The notes: generated by a model not told the origin, from the sequence alone. Positions 1 to 9,896 are shown, counted from the stretch's first letter. The stretch: 48,136 bases of DNA from an uncultured Muribaculaceae bacterium (GCA_964466235.1 CAYXMV010000001.1:1-48136); one strand, 5' to 3'. Numbers and translations: made by a program.

Positions 1-2
1 AG

Positions 3-263
3 CAGCTCTCCGGAGGTCAGCAGCAGCGCGTCGCCATCGCCCGCGCCGTGGTTTCGAATCCTAAGCTGATTCTCGCCGATGAGCCTACAGGTAACCTCGA
101 CTCAAAGAACGGCAAGGAAGTCATGGAACTTCTCAGCGAACTGAATGCCGAGGGTACTACCATCGTGATGGTGACCCACTCCCAGAAGGACGCTGCCGTG
201 GCTCAGCGCACAATCAATCTTTTCGACGGCGGTATCGTCAGCGATGTAAAGAACGAACTATAA
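3..263 (+). CDS. ABC transporter ATP-binding protein (MacB/LolD type), 5'-truncated by window edge
   Basis: Frame from nt 3 reads [29 protein letters not shown] (signature, Walker B/D-loop, H-loop). Confidence 0.95.
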   Translation, partial: QLSGGQQQRVAIARAVVSNPKLILADEPTGNLDSKNGKEVMELLSELNAEGTTIVMVTHSQKDAAVAQRTINLFDGGIVSDVKNEL

Positions 264-276
264 GCTTGACTACAAA

Positions 277-305
277 CGTCATCCCCGACTTGACCGGGGA
301 TGATG
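277..305. repeat. CGTC-tagged palindromic (REP-like) element
   Basis: CGTCATCCCCG-ACTTGAC-CGGGGATGATG, 11-bp stem, intergenic. Confidence 0.7.
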
Positions 306-343
306 AAAAACAGACACGAAATTAACCCTATAGACAACAAGTA

Positions 344-2764
344 ATGGCATCATTCAACATATTCAGACGCGGCGGCTCGGCAATATCCGGCATACTCAAT
401 GTGCTCGGCATGGCTGTGGCTTTCGCAGCATTCTTCATCATCCTCGTTCAGGTGAATTATGACCTGAACTTCAACAAGGGAATCAAGGATTCGGAGAAGG
501 TCTATGCACTGACATCAGGGAGCTTCGTCAATGCAGGTAAGAGAGCCTTGCACTTCAACCGCCCGATAGCTGAAATCATATTGCAGTCATCACCGAACAT
601 CGAGTACGGCGGAATAATGGGCATGCTCAATTGGAGCGACATTAACTACAACATAGGCACCGATGAAGCAGTCAAGACAATCAGCGCCAAGACCGCATCG
701 ATGAGCGGAACAGCATTCAAGGCACTGGGATTCGAAGCCGTAAGCGGTTCGCTCGACGACATCATCGACTACACCACACTTGCAGTAAGCGAGAGCGTGG
801 CTGAAAGATTCGGGCTTGAGGTAGGCATGAACCTGACCATTGACGGGAACAGCGACGTCCGTATCGTAAAGGCAATATTCAAGGATATGCCTCAGAACTC
901 GCATTTCAAGAATCTCGAGTTCATCAGCAATATGGGAGAGGAGAGCATAGATAATTTCTCGGAATGGAGTTACAGCTATTTCATAAAGGTGCACGACCCG
1001 TCCCAGATAAGGCAGATGGAGGAAAGTCTGAAGGAAGTCACAAGCGCATATTATATGGATAAATTCTTCAGCGCAATACCTTCTGCAGAAGAGATGGGAA
1101 TGCTTCAGGAGGAACTGGACAATGCGATAAACAAGCTTCTTGAGAGGGCCCAGGTGAAGTTTGCTCCATTAGATGATTTGTATTTCAGCGATGAGATAGA
1201 CATGCAGGCAGAAAAGGGCAACAGGACAACGACTGTCGTCCTGCTGATAGTAGCCATTCTTATAGTAGGCATAGCCTTCATCAATTACATCAACTTCTTC
1301 TTTGCGCAGATCCCCGAGCGCATAAGGACAGTCAACACGAAGAAGGTACTCGGCTGTACACGCCGTGAACTGATCACATCCACTGTGGCTGAGAGCCTGA
1401 CCCTGATAACATTCGCCCTCGCAGTGGCATTCACATTCGTCATACTTTTCAACATAAGCCAGATGACCCATCTCATTGCAGCCGACTGTTCATTCGATGC
1501 CAATGTCGGCGTTGCGGTCTGGACCGTGGTCATCGCAGTCCTGATAGCCATCATTTCAAGCCTCTATCCGGCGTTCTACATCACTTCTTTCGAACCGGCA
1601 TTAGTACTGAAAGGATCGTTCGGAGGCAGCAGGCGCGGCAAAGCCCTGCGTTATGCACTGATCGGCCTCCAGTTCGTGATCTCTATATGTCTGATCATCT
1701 GCTCGAGTTTCATCAGCATACAGCGCAGATATATGATAAGTTTCGACATGGGATTCGACAAGGAACAGCTTCTGTATGTGCATGCCGGCAATCTGATCGG
1801 GCAAAATGCCGAGGCCGTGGAAGAAAGGCTCAAAGCTGACCCGCAGATTACGGATGTCACGTGGGCGAACGGTAATCTGCTTGCTTCGGAGAGAATGGGT
1901 TGGGGACGCGACTGGAACGGACAGATGATAAGTTTCCAGTGCTATCCGGTGGCGTATGACTTCCCAGAATTCATGGGGATAGGCATAACGGAAGGACGTT
2001 CTTTCCTGAAAGAGGACGATAATAGTGAAAACGGCGTATTCATCTTCAACGAGGCGGCACGAAAAGAATTCGGATTCACTCTCGAAGACAGGGTCAACGG
2101 TCATAAGGATGAGGCCGGGATTGTCGGATTCTGCGAAGATTTCAGTTTCATGACCCTGAAGGAAGAAGTGAGACCGTTCGCCCTCTATGTATATGGAAAG
2201 GATCCGTGGTGGTATCCATCGACCGCCTTCATCAGAGTGGCTGCCGGAGCCGATTATCAGAGCGTCATGAAGCATATAGGCACCGTACTAAGCGAATGGG
2301 AACCGTCTCTTTCTGCTGATTCATGGGATGTGCATTTCTTCGACGAGAATCTCAATGCAACGTATCGGAAGGAGCAGTCGCTTTCACAGCTGATCAGCCT
2401 CTTCACTCTGATCGCCATCATCATTTCCCTGATGGGAGTGTTCGGACTGGTGATGTTCGAGACTCAGTACCGCCGCAGGGAGATCGCCCTGCGCAGAGTG
2501 AACGGTGCATCCGTGGAGGATATACTGAAGATGTTCAGCAGCAAGTTCGTGAAGATAGTCCTTGTATGTTTTGTCGTGGCAGCTCCGGTCAGCTGGGTGA
2601 TCGTGGACAGATACCTCTCGACCTTCGCACACCGCTGCCCTATGTACTGGTGGGTGTTCATCCTTGCACTTGTGGCGGTGATGACCGTGACGGTCAGCGT
2701 GGTTGTTATCAGAAGCTGGAGGGCTGCCACCGCCGATCCCGCAGAAGCGCTGAAGAGTGAATAG
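344..2764 (+). CDS. ABC transporter permease, duplicated MacB-PCD/FtsX architecture
   Basis: 806 aa; N-terminal TM, two periplasmic domains, two FtsX TM blocks, RRREIALRRVNGAS, C-terminal DPAEALKSE. Confidence 0.93.
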   Translation: MASFNIFRRGGSAISGILNVLGMAVAFAAFFIILVQVNYDLNFNKGIKDSEKVYALTSGSFVNAGKRALHFNRPIAEIILQSSPNIEYGGIMGMLNWSDINYNIGTDEAVKTISAKTASMSGTAFKALGFEAVSGSLDDIIDYTTLAVSESVAERFGLEVGMNLTIDGNSDVRIVKAIFKDMPQNSHFKNLEFISNMGEESIDNFSEWSYSYFIKVHDPSQIRQMEESLKEVTSAYYMDKFFSAIPSAEEMGMLQEELDNAINKLLERAQVKFAPLDDLYFSDEIDMQAEKGNRTTTVVLLIVAILIVGIAFINYINFFFAQIPERIRTVNTKKVLGCTRRELITSTVAESLTLITFALAVAFTFVILFNISQMTHLIAADCSFDANVGVAVWTVVIAVLIAIISSLYPAFYITSFEPALVLKGSFGGSRRGKALRYALIGLQFVISICLIICSSFISIQRRYMISFDMGFDKEQLLYVHAGNLIGQNAEAVEERLKADPQITDVTWANGNLLASERMGWGRDWNGQMISFQCYPVAYDFPEFMGIGITEGRSFLKEDDNSENGVFIFNEAARKEFGFTLEDRVNGHKDEAGIVGFCEDFSFMTLKEEVRPFALYVYGKDPWWYPSTAFIRVAAGADYQSVMKHIGTVLSEWEPSLSADSWDVHFFDENLNATYRKEQSLSQLISLFTLIAIIISLMGVFGLVMFETQYRRREIALRRVNGASVEDILKMFSSKFVKIVLVCFVVAAPVSWVIVDRYLSTFAHRCPMYWWVFILALVAVMTVTVSVVVIRSWRAATADPAEALKSE

Positions 2765-2777
2765 AGATGGCCGGGGA

Positions 2778-2862
2778 TCTGTCCATGAAAACGGCTGAAT
2801 TCATGGACAAACCATAGAAAAGAACGACTCTATCCACGAATCCGGGCATTTCCATGGACAGA
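2778..2862. repeat. Inverted pair of 34-bp palindromic units
   Basis: 2778-2811 (stem TGTCCATGAA/TTCATGGACA) and the reverse complement of 2829-2862 match at 26/34 positions. Confidence 0.75.
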
Positions 2863-2882
2863 ACAGACAAAACAACTGAAAA

Positions 2883-5243
2883 ATGAAGAGTTACCTGAGA
2901 TTTCTATCGAGAAACAAGCTGTACACCGCCATCATGGCAGTGGGATTGAGTGTAGCGCTGGCATTTGTGCTTATCATCGGCAGCTACGTATGGCAGGAAT
3001 ACCGAATATCACATGAGAATCCTGATTATGAAAGGATTTATATCCCACTCCAGAGCATGCCTTATGGTATCTACGAACCAATGAAGGAGCAGATTCCCGA
3101 AATCGAGGAAATAGCCTTCACCAATACTCTTGATGACGTGGTGATGGAATCGGGTGATGAAAGATTCGTGACCAGAGGACTCGCTGTCAGAGGTGACTTC
3201 TTCGACATCTTCGACTATGAATTCCTCATAGGCAGCGGTGATTGTCTTGCTTCATATACAGACATCATTGTCAGTGAATCATACGCGACTATGATAGCCG
3301 GCAGGCCGGAGGATGCGATAGGCATGAAGATTCAGCCTGTCGAGTATGATTGCGAGGCATATACCGTCACCGGTGTCATCAAGGACTTCAGAAACAGATA
3401 CTGGAAGTATATGGACTTCATCTGCAAAGGAGAAAGTCCCATAAATGACGGTCCTCAGAAGAACCCTGTCTTTACTCTTTCCGGAGTGGCATTCCTGCAG
3501 GTGGCAGAAGGGACTGACAAAGAAGATCTGCGAGTCAAGATCCAGACAATATTCAAGCAGTTATGGGGAGATAAGCTCCCGGCAGAGAGAGTCGATCAGT
3601 TTGCGGAGGGCATTGGAGTCGAGAGATTCGACAATCTGTTCTTCTCCGGAGAATATCTCGACAGCTATCTGAACATGGGTGACAAAAGGCAGATCATCAT
3701 TCTGACAATCGCAGCCTTGCTGCTGCTTGTATCTGCTGTGATAAATTATGCCAATCTTAATCTGGCCATCACAAACAGGAGAGCCAAGGAAATGGCCACA
3801 AGAAGCCTTGTCGGAGCCGATAAGATCAATATTGCCCTCAAATACATATTTGAGTCGGTATCCTTCACTGTCGTTTGTGCAATCATAGCTACGGGTATCG
3901 CAGTCGCACTGGCTCCGTACATCGGCCAGGTGATTTATGGACAGGACATACTCATATCATTCACACCCGGACGAATTTTCATATATATCCTCTTCATTGT
4001 TGTCATCGGAGGCATCTGCGGTCTGATTCCGGCGATGAACATTTCATCCATCAGGCCGATCAGCATAGTCAACGGGACATACCGGAGAAAGAGCCGAACC
4101 GGTCTGAACCGATTGTTCATTCTTCTGCAGACCATCCTTGCGATCACGCTGATTGCGTCAGCGATAGTTCTGGAAAAGCAGATGCGCTACATGATTGACA
4201 TGCCTTTAGGAGCGGATATTGAGAACAAGTTTGCCATATCCACAGGTGCAGAACATGCAGAAGAGACTGTTCCGATGATGAATGAAATCGCCCGGCTACC
4301 ATTCGTGAAGAAGGTGGCATTGTCAAGGGGATTTCCGACAGCTATCGGCTTCGGTACGGCTCTTATGGGCGAAGGAACGGACATGACTCTTGTATCCCTT
4401 CTGATCTGCGACACCGAGGCGTTCAGGATGTGGGGATTTGAGATCAAGGACGACTTCGGTACTCCACTCGCCCACTCCGTCTGGTTCACGGAAAACCTTT
4501 ACAACCATTTCGATGACAGGAATGCAGCCGAGAAGCAGGCTGAGTCGTGGGACGGAGATTTCAATCATGCGAGAATCGACCATTTTGGCGGAGTCTTAGG
4601 CAATATTGCAGGAGACAATGCCATGAATGAGAGCATAACGCAGTCGAAAGTGGCTGTAATCGTACTTCCGATTGAAGAATTCGGTCTCTATAATAATGGA
4701 ATCGTCATCGAAACAGACGGACGGCCCGATATGGCACAGGAAGAGTTCAACAGGATATACCGGAAGTTTTCCGAGGAATATAACGGCGTTTACATCGAAC
4801 CATGGACATTCGGGTATATTGAGGACATGATAGTTGATAAACTTGAAGAAAACAATTCCACCATCACATTGCTCAAGTATTTTGCAACCCTCGCAGTGAT
4901 GCTGTCAGTCCTCGGTCTTGTTGCCATGAGTACCTGCTTCGCATCTGAAAGAGAAAAAGGAATTGCCATCCGCAAAGTTTTCGGCGGAACGATGGCCAGT
5001 GAGACGGGCAGAAACATATCGGAATATATGATCATAACCATCATCGGAAGTGTAATAGCAGTTCCTGTAGCGTGGATCTTCTGCGAACGATACCTTGAGG
5101 AGTTCGCATATAGGATAGAAATGACGGCATGGCCTTTCATCGCGGCAGTCTTGCTGTCCTTGGTGATTTCATTGGTATCCGTCCTCTGGCAGACGCTCCG
5201 CGCCGCACGCACCAATCCTGCCGAAGCGCTGAAGAAGGAATAG
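2883..5243 (+). CDS. ABC transporter permease, MacB/FtsX family
   Basis: 786 aa; RNKLYTAI N-terminus, INYANL..RAKEMATR, IAIRKVFGG, NPAEALKKE. Confidence 0.93.
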   Translation: MKSYLRFLSRNKLYTAIMAVGLSVALAFVLIIGSYVWQEYRISHENPDYERIYIPLQSMPYGIYEPMKEQIPEIEEIAFTNTLDDVVMESGDERFVTRGLAVRGDFFDIFDYEFLIGSGDCLASYTDIIVSESYATMIAGRPEDAIGMKIQPVEYDCEAYTVTGVIKDFRNRYWKYMDFICKGESPINDGPQKNPVFTLSGVAFLQVAEGTDKEDLRVKIQTIFKQLWGDKLPAERVDQFAEGIGVERFDNLFFSGEYLDSYLNMGDKRQIIILTIAALLLLVSAVINYANLNLAITNRRAKEMATRSLVGADKINIALKYIFESVSFTVVCAIIATGIAVALAPYIGQVIYGQDILISFTPGRIFIYILFIVVIGGICGLIPAMNISSIRPISIVNGTYRRKSRTGLNRLFILLQTILAITLIASAIVLEKQMRYMIDMPLGADIENKFAISTGAEHAEETVPMMNEIARLPFVKKVALSRGFPTAIGFGTALMGEGTDMTLVSLLICDTEAFRMWGFEIKDDFGTPLAHSVWFTENLYNHFDDRNAAEKQAESWDGDFNHARIDHFGGVLGNIAGDNAMNESITQSKVAVIVLPIEEFGLYNNGIVIETDGRPDMAQEEFNRIYRKFSEEYNGVYIEPWTFGYIEDMIVDKLEENNSTITLLKYFATLAVMLSVLGLVAMSTCFASEREKGIAIRKVFGGTMASETGRNISEYMIITIIGSVIAVPVAWIFCERYLEEFAYRIEMTAWPFIAAVLLSLVISLVSVLWQTLRAARTNPAEALKKE

Positions 5244-5309
5244 ACACCGGCCTAAGGGTCGCCGCGATAAAGGACTGATCCGATTATGATACTGAACGGA
5301 GTGAAGAAC

Positions 5310-5343
5310 ACTGTAAAGAATCGTTGTCCAGATTCTTTACAGT
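5310..5343. terminator. Bidirectional terminator-like hairpin between convergent genes
   Basis: Perfect 13-bp stem ACTGTAAAGAATC/GATTCTTTACAGT, 8-nt loop. Confidence 0.7.
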
Positions 5344-5347
5344 ATTC

Positions 5348-7162
5348 TTAGAATCTGAATTCCAGTCCGGCCATGATGCTTCTTCCCGGCATCGGATAAC
5401 CTCCTGAGAGTTCGTAGCGGCAGTCGAAGATATTCCGTCCGGAGACCTTCACGGCAAGGCTGAACGATGACGGCAGGGAGAATGATTTGCCGAGGGTGAG
5501 GTCTAAGGTGTTCCAGCCGGACATAGGCCCGGCACCGTCGGTCCTTCCCGAACGCATGATCCAGCGTGGATTCAGTTCGAAGCCTTTCCATGCGGCTCTG
5601 GCATCAAGCACGACAGAATGTTTCGCGACATAGGGAATCTGCTGTCCGAAGGTGTAGCTGCCGGGAGTCCGGTCAACAGCAGACTGATATGAATACCTTG
5701 CATCGAAGGAGCATAGCCAGTCCCTTGACTGCCATACAGTTCCGGCTACGGCATCAAGGCCAGCCGAACGCACTTTGCCTATATTGTAAGGCAGCCAGAT
5801 ATTCGGATCCTCTGCAGTCGGAGCAGATGTGATCTTGTTGCTCAGGAAATTGAGGAAAGCGTCGGCCTTTGCCTTCAGAGACCATTCATCTGAAATCTTC
5901 CTTATGAAATCAAGGCCTATGTCAGTAAGCCAGGCGTCCTCGGGACGAAGGGAAGGATTGCCGTAACCGACATAATAGAGCTCATTGAAGGTAGGCACCC
6001 TGTATGCCCTTCTGCCGAAGGCAACGAGATCTATTCCTTCTGAAATCTTGAACCTTATGTCGAGGGAAGGAGAAAAGACGTTGCGTGAGAGAGCCCCCCT
6101 GTCGAACGTCCCGCTGTATTCCACAGCCACATCTGCAGACAGTCTTTCAAGACGGAAGGATGATGATAAGGCCGCAAATGCGGTCAGGCGGGAAGCCTCG
6201 TAATTTGTCGAGCTGAGTCCGTCCCACTGGAAATCAGCAGCCGCCGAGAGGTTCAACCACTCATATATCCTGAAGGAATGTGATGTATTGACCTGGATCT
6301 CGGTCTGACCATATCGGCTGTCGCCCCATGAACTCATATAATATATGTCATCATACGAGGCCTTTGCACTGGCCTGCAGCGAATAGAGAGGGCTGAACCT
6401 CTTGCGCACCAATCCCTGCACAAAAGTGTTCATATCCTTCTGTCTGTCCTCCGAAGGCCACGAGACTGAGCCCGGAGTACCTCTTTCCGCGGTATTATAA
6501 TATGCCTTCACATGATAGTCTCCGGCATCTATCAGACCGAAGAGGTCAAGACCGCCTCTCACCTGCCTTATGTCGTTGTTGAGACGCTTCTGACCGTCAC
6601 CATAGCCGAAATCACCTCTGCTTATTACGCCGGCAGCATTGGCTGAAAGCGATATGTCGTCGGAGAGCCGGAAGTCAAGACGGGCATACGGAAGCCATGT
6701 GCCGAATGATCCGGCAGACAGACGTGCCTCTCCTGCGACAGGCCTTCCGTTGAATACAGGTCTTGATGTCGAGAATGAGAGGCTGTTCTGCGCATAGTCG
6801 ATGACAGCAGAGCCGAAATTCTCCACTCCCATCATTCCGAGGTCATTCTGTCCGGACTGGACATTACCGACACGGACTCCGTCGATATAGACTGCCGTAT
6901 GGGGACTGCCGAATCCCCTCAGACTGACAGTCTTGAGACCGGCAAGGCCGCCATAGTCACCGACATGAAGGCCCGGACTCTGATGCAGGATTTCCGGAAC
7001 AGTGAATGAATTTGTGAGGGACAGGGAATCGGTCCTCGAGACGACAACACCCTTGTCAGCAGTAACGGTCACAGGCTGCAATGAGTCTGCGAGATGCTCG
7101 TGAGAGCCATGCGGAAGGCCTGCAGACAGCAGTCCGACCGCAATCATAATAGAATTGAACAT
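5348..7162 (-). CDS. btuB: TonB-dependent outer-membrane receptor, probable cobalamin (BtuB-like)
   Basis: Plug motifs (GGLAGLKTVSLRG, VYIDGV), PTFNELYY..GNPSLRPE, C-terminal YPMPGRS..EFRF; downstream of a cobalamin riboswitch. Start moved to ATG 7162 (MFNSIMIAVGLL signal-like) because the longer ORF start lies in the riboswitch. Confidence 0.85.
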   Translation of the reverse strand: MFNSIMIAVGLLSAGLPHGSHEHLADSLQPVTVTADKGVVVSRTDSLSLTNSFTVPEILHQSPGLHVGDYGGLAGLKTVSLRGFGSPHTAVYIDGVRVGNVQSGQNDLGMMGVENFGSAVIDYAQNSLSFSTSRPVFNGRPVAGEARLSAGSFGTWLPYARLDFRLSDDISLSANAAGVISRGDFGYGDGQKRLNNDIRQVRGGLDLFGLIDAGDYHVKAYYNTAERGTPGSVSWPSEDRQKDMNTFVQGLVRKRFSPLYSLQASAKASYDDIYYMSSWGDSRYGQTEIQVNTSHSFRIYEWLNLSAAADFQWDGLSSTNYEASRLTAFAALSSSFRLERLSADVAVEYSGTFDRGALSRNVFSPSLDIRFKISEGIDLVAFGRRAYRVPTFNELYYVGYGNPSLRPEDAWLTDIGLDFIRKISDEWSLKAKADAFLNFLSNKITSAPTAEDPNIWLPYNIGKVRSAGLDAVAGTVWQSRDWLCSFDARYSYQSAVDRTPGSYTFGQQIPYVAKHSVVLDARAAWKGFELNPRWIMRSGRTDGAGPMSGWNTLDLTLGKSFSLPSSFSLAVKVSGRNIFDCRYELSGGYPMPGRSIMAGLEFRF

Positions 7163-7210
7163 TATTTGACGCCTTACGGAAGCTTGTCCCCGAGCTTCGG
7201 AGTTTGACTT

Positions 7211-7365
7211 ACCATGGCAGGTCTTCGGACTCGTCCCCACTCCTGCGCCTTCTCACAAGACCCGGCTTGCAATGGCATCTGCAAGGTGTTTCAGGACATA
7301 CCGCTGCGGGCACAGTTCCGGCATTGCACCGGATTCCCTTTTCAAGACATCTGTCTCACCATGAT
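7211..7365 (-). ncRNA. Cobalamin (AdoCbl) riboswitch
   Basis: Minus strand reads AAGGGAATCCGGTGCAATGCCGGAACTGTGCCCGCAGCGGT..GCCATTG..GAGAAGGC..GAGTCCGAAGACCTGCCA (B12 box), closed by P1 ATCATGG/CCATGGT. Confidence 0.93.
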
Positions 7366-7371
7366 CCGGCG

Positions 7372-7379
7372 CAAAGATA
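7372..7379 (-). promoter_or_regulatory. Bacteroidetes sigma70 -7 element for riboswitch-btuB
   Basis: TATCTTTG on minus strand immediately 5' of the riboswitch. Confidence 0.75.
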
Positions 7380-7386
7380 GGCTTTT

Positions 7387-7794
7387 TTACAGATAATCCT
7401 TAAAGACTTCATCGAATATTTCGCCACGGGTAAGCCGTCCGTCCTGCACACAGATGGTCTCCACCACTCCTTTAGTGCATAGTCTGCCGTCCGAAAGACG
7501 ATATATGTCCTGCAGGAAGAGGATCTTTGCCCCCTGTCTCTGAAGATTGATTCCAACGGCGAATCTGTCGCCGCTGACCAGAGGCAGCTTATATTCAATT
7601 GTGATCTTCGCCACCATGGCATCAATCCCCTGCTCGTGGAGACTTCCGAAGTTCTGTCCGAGGCTTTCAAGGAATTCATGGCGGGCATGTTCCATATAAT
7701 GCTGGTAATTTGCATTGTTCACGATTCCCTGAAGGTCACATTCATAGTCGCGGACCTTCATATCATGAGTGAATACGTATCTGTTTCTGTCCAT
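7387..7794 (-). CDS. Acyl-CoA thioesterase (YbgC/4HBT hotdog fold)
   Basis: VRDYECDLQGIVNNANYQHYMEHARHEFL motif. Confidence 0.9.
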   Translation of the reverse strand: MDRNRYVFTHDMKVRDYECDLQGIVNNANYQHYMEHARHEFLESLGQNFGSLHEQGIDAMVAKITIEYKLPLVSGDRFAVGINLQRQGAKILFLQDIYRLSDGRLCTKGVVETICVQDGRLTRGEIFDEVFKDYL

Positions 7795-7859
7795 TTTCTG
7801 TCATTTTCAGGCACGAAGATAGTAAGAATCTGTTGTCAATTCCGCATATTTTTTGAAAA

Positions 7860-7890
7860 TTTAAGTACCTTGTGTTGCAAGGTATTTAAA
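7860..7890. promoter_or_regulatory. Palindromic operator candidate (likely PadR) upstream of pspC-padR-pspC
   Basis: TTTAAGTACCTTG-N5-CAAGGTATTTAAA, 12/13 arm match, just upstream of TATCTTTG -7 at 7899-7906. Confidence 0.65.
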
Positions 7891-7949
7891 ATTTTATATA
7901 TCTTTGTGGTGCAATGAAACGATATATGAATATATAAAACCATAAGATC

Positions 7950-8522
7950 ATGAAAAAGACATTGAACGTAGCGATCGGAGGATGCAGTTTTACCATTGAT
8001 GAAGATGCCTACAAGGCATTGGAGAATTATCTCGACAGTTTCAAGGCAGGGCTTGACAAGAGTTCAAGCAGCAATGAGGTGATGGATGAGCTTGAAATGA
8101 GGATAGCCGACCTTCTGAAGGAGAAGATCGGAAAACGCGTGGTCATCGACCTCGGCATGGTGAATGCCGTCCTCAACCAGATTGGTCCGGTATCGACAAA
8201 GGTGCAGAATCCGGAAGAAGATACACAGAACCAGCAGCAACGTCAGAACGACAGAGACACAGTCAGGAAGTTCTACCGTGATGCGGAAGGCAAGAGGATA
8301 GCCGGTGTATGCTCCGGACTCGCACTCTACCTCAACATCGATGTGAGCATCGTAAGGATCATATTCCTTGTGGCACTCATCTGCGGAACGGCAGGATTCT
8401 GGATATATGTAGTACTCTGGATCGTCGCTCCGGAAGCAAGGACAGCTGCCGAGAAATGCGAACTCAGAGGTATTCCGGCTACTGCCGAGAACATTAGAAG
8501 ATTCACAGAAAACAGACAGTAA
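7950..8522 (+). CDS. PspC domain-containing membrane protein
   Basis: N-terminal IGG..FTIDEDAY..L..YL domain; PspC motif FYRDAEGKRIAGVCSGLALYL..YVVLWIVAP. Confidence 0.9.
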   Translation: MKKTLNVAIGGCSFTIDEDAYKALENYLDSFKAGLDKSSSSNEVMDELEMRIADLLKEKIGKRVVIDLGMVNAVLNQIGPVSTKVQNPEEDTQNQQQRQNDRDTVRKFYRDAEGKRIAGVCSGLALYLNIDVSIVRIIFLVALICGTAGFWIYVVLWIVAPEARTAAEKCELRGIPATAENIRRFTENRQ

Positions 8523-8863
8523 TGGACAACGGCATCATCGAGAACAACAAGACCCAGATGCGTCGAGGAGTGCTGGAATACAGTATCCTGCTGATTCTGG
8601 CGGCGGGAGACGAATATGCTTCGTCAATAATTCAGAAACTGAAGGATGTGAATATCATCGTGGCCGAGGGCACAACCTATCCCCTGCTCATCCGCCTCAA
8701 GAAACTCGGACTTCTGAATTACCGCTGGGAGGAATCGACGCAAGGTCCGCCGCGAAAATACTATATGATCACGGATCTCGGACGTGAGCAGCTCGCGGGC
8801 CTGAACGCCGCATGGGACGAACTTGCAAAAGGCATAGAAACCATAAGAAAAAACAGGATATAA
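8522..8863 (+). CDS. PadR family transcriptional regulator
   Basis: QMRRGVLEY..EGTTYPLLIRL..WEESTQGPPRKYY; TAATG overlap with upstream stop. Confidence 0.95.
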   Translation: MDNGIIENNKTQMRRGVLEYSILLILAAGDEYASSIIQKLKDVNIIVAEGTTYPLLIRLKKLGLLNYRWEESTQGPPRKYYMITDLGREQLAGLNAAWDELAKGIETIRKNRI

Positions 8864-8864
8864 C

Positions 8865-9896
8865 ATGAATACTACAGAAAACATCAGTCTCGGAGGAATC
8901 GCATTCACCATCGAGTCTGATGCATATTCGGAACTTGAACGATATATCGGAGACATAAAGGAATGTTTCCGCAACGACACTTGCGCTAACGAGATCGTCG
9001 AAGACATCGAAGTACGCATTTCGGAACTGCTGAAGGAGAAATGTCCGGCAGGAATGGTCGTGAACATGGCCATGGTGAACGAGGTCAAGAAAAGCATCGG
9101 AGATCCGAAGGAGATGGCCGAGCAGGAAAACGAGACTCCGGCCGACGGCGGTGAGACGAGGCATGAAACTCCGGAGAAGACCTCACTGCGCGACAGAAGG
9201 CTCTACCGTGACATCGACAACCGCATATTGGGAGGCGTATGTTCGGGACTGGGTGAATATTTAAACATAGACAAGGTGATTTTCCGTGTGCTTTTCCTGG
9301 TGTTCTTCGTCCTGGGATTCATAGATGCCGACGAAGGATTGTTCACCATTTCCGCATTGGCGTACGTAATCCTCTGGATAGCCATGCCGGCCGCGAGGAC
9401 CGTGGAGGAGAAATGCGAGATGAGACGCAAGCCCATGAATCTCGAAGGATTCAGATCAAAGGAGAACAACCTCGAAAAGGAAGTGAATGACCTGGTCGCA
9501 TCACCATTCGGTGTCACTGTAGCAAGGGTCATGAAGATATGTCTTGGAATCATACTTCTCGTTTGCGGAATCGGAGGCCTGTTCGTCGGGATATTCATAC
9601 CGAGCCTGCACGAAATCGCAGAGACAGCCATGATTGCGGAATTGTCTCCTTTCGATGCAGAAGAAATGCTTGCAGTTGACCTGGTCAGAAGCGACACATT
9701 CTGGTGGATGTCGTTCGGATGCATGGGAATCGCCTGCATAGGAATGCTGTACGGAGGCATCATTCTCGCATTCAACCTCAAGAGTCCGGCATGGAAGCCG
9801 GGACTGGTGCTGTTCATAGCATGGATCATCAGTCTGCTCGTGCTCGCGGCATGGATTCTCGCTCAGGTGGCCGACTGGCTTCCGACAATCCTTTAA
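8865..9896 (+). CDS. PspC domain-containing membrane protein (longer paralog)
   Basis: Same N-terminal domain, LYRDIDNRILGGVCSGLGEYL, extra C-terminal TM helices. Confidence 0.9.
   Translation: MNTTENISLGGIAFTIESDAYSELERYIGDIKECFRNDTCANEIVEDIEVRISELLKEKCPAGMVVNMAMVNEVKKSIGDPKEMAEQENETPADGGETRHETPEKTSLRDRRLYRDIDNRILGGVCSGLGEYLNIDKVIFRVLFLVFFVLGFIDADEGLFTISALAYVILWIAMPAARTVEEKCEMRRKPMNLEGFRSKENNLEKEVNDLVASPFGVTVARVMKICLGIILLVCGIGGLFVGIFIPSLHEIAETAMIAELSPFDAEEMLAVDLVRSDTFWWMSFGCMGIACIGMLYGGIILAFNLKSPAWKPGLVLFIAWIISLLVLAAWILAQVADWLPTIL

Noticed and set aside
7163..7240. N-terminal extension of the TonB receptor, and similar extensions of dpp11, gcvT, gcvPA, metH, metF and UDG in the ORF track
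   Set aside because: The extensions overlap the riboswitch, promoters or upstream genes; downstream ATGs fit signal peptides and family starts
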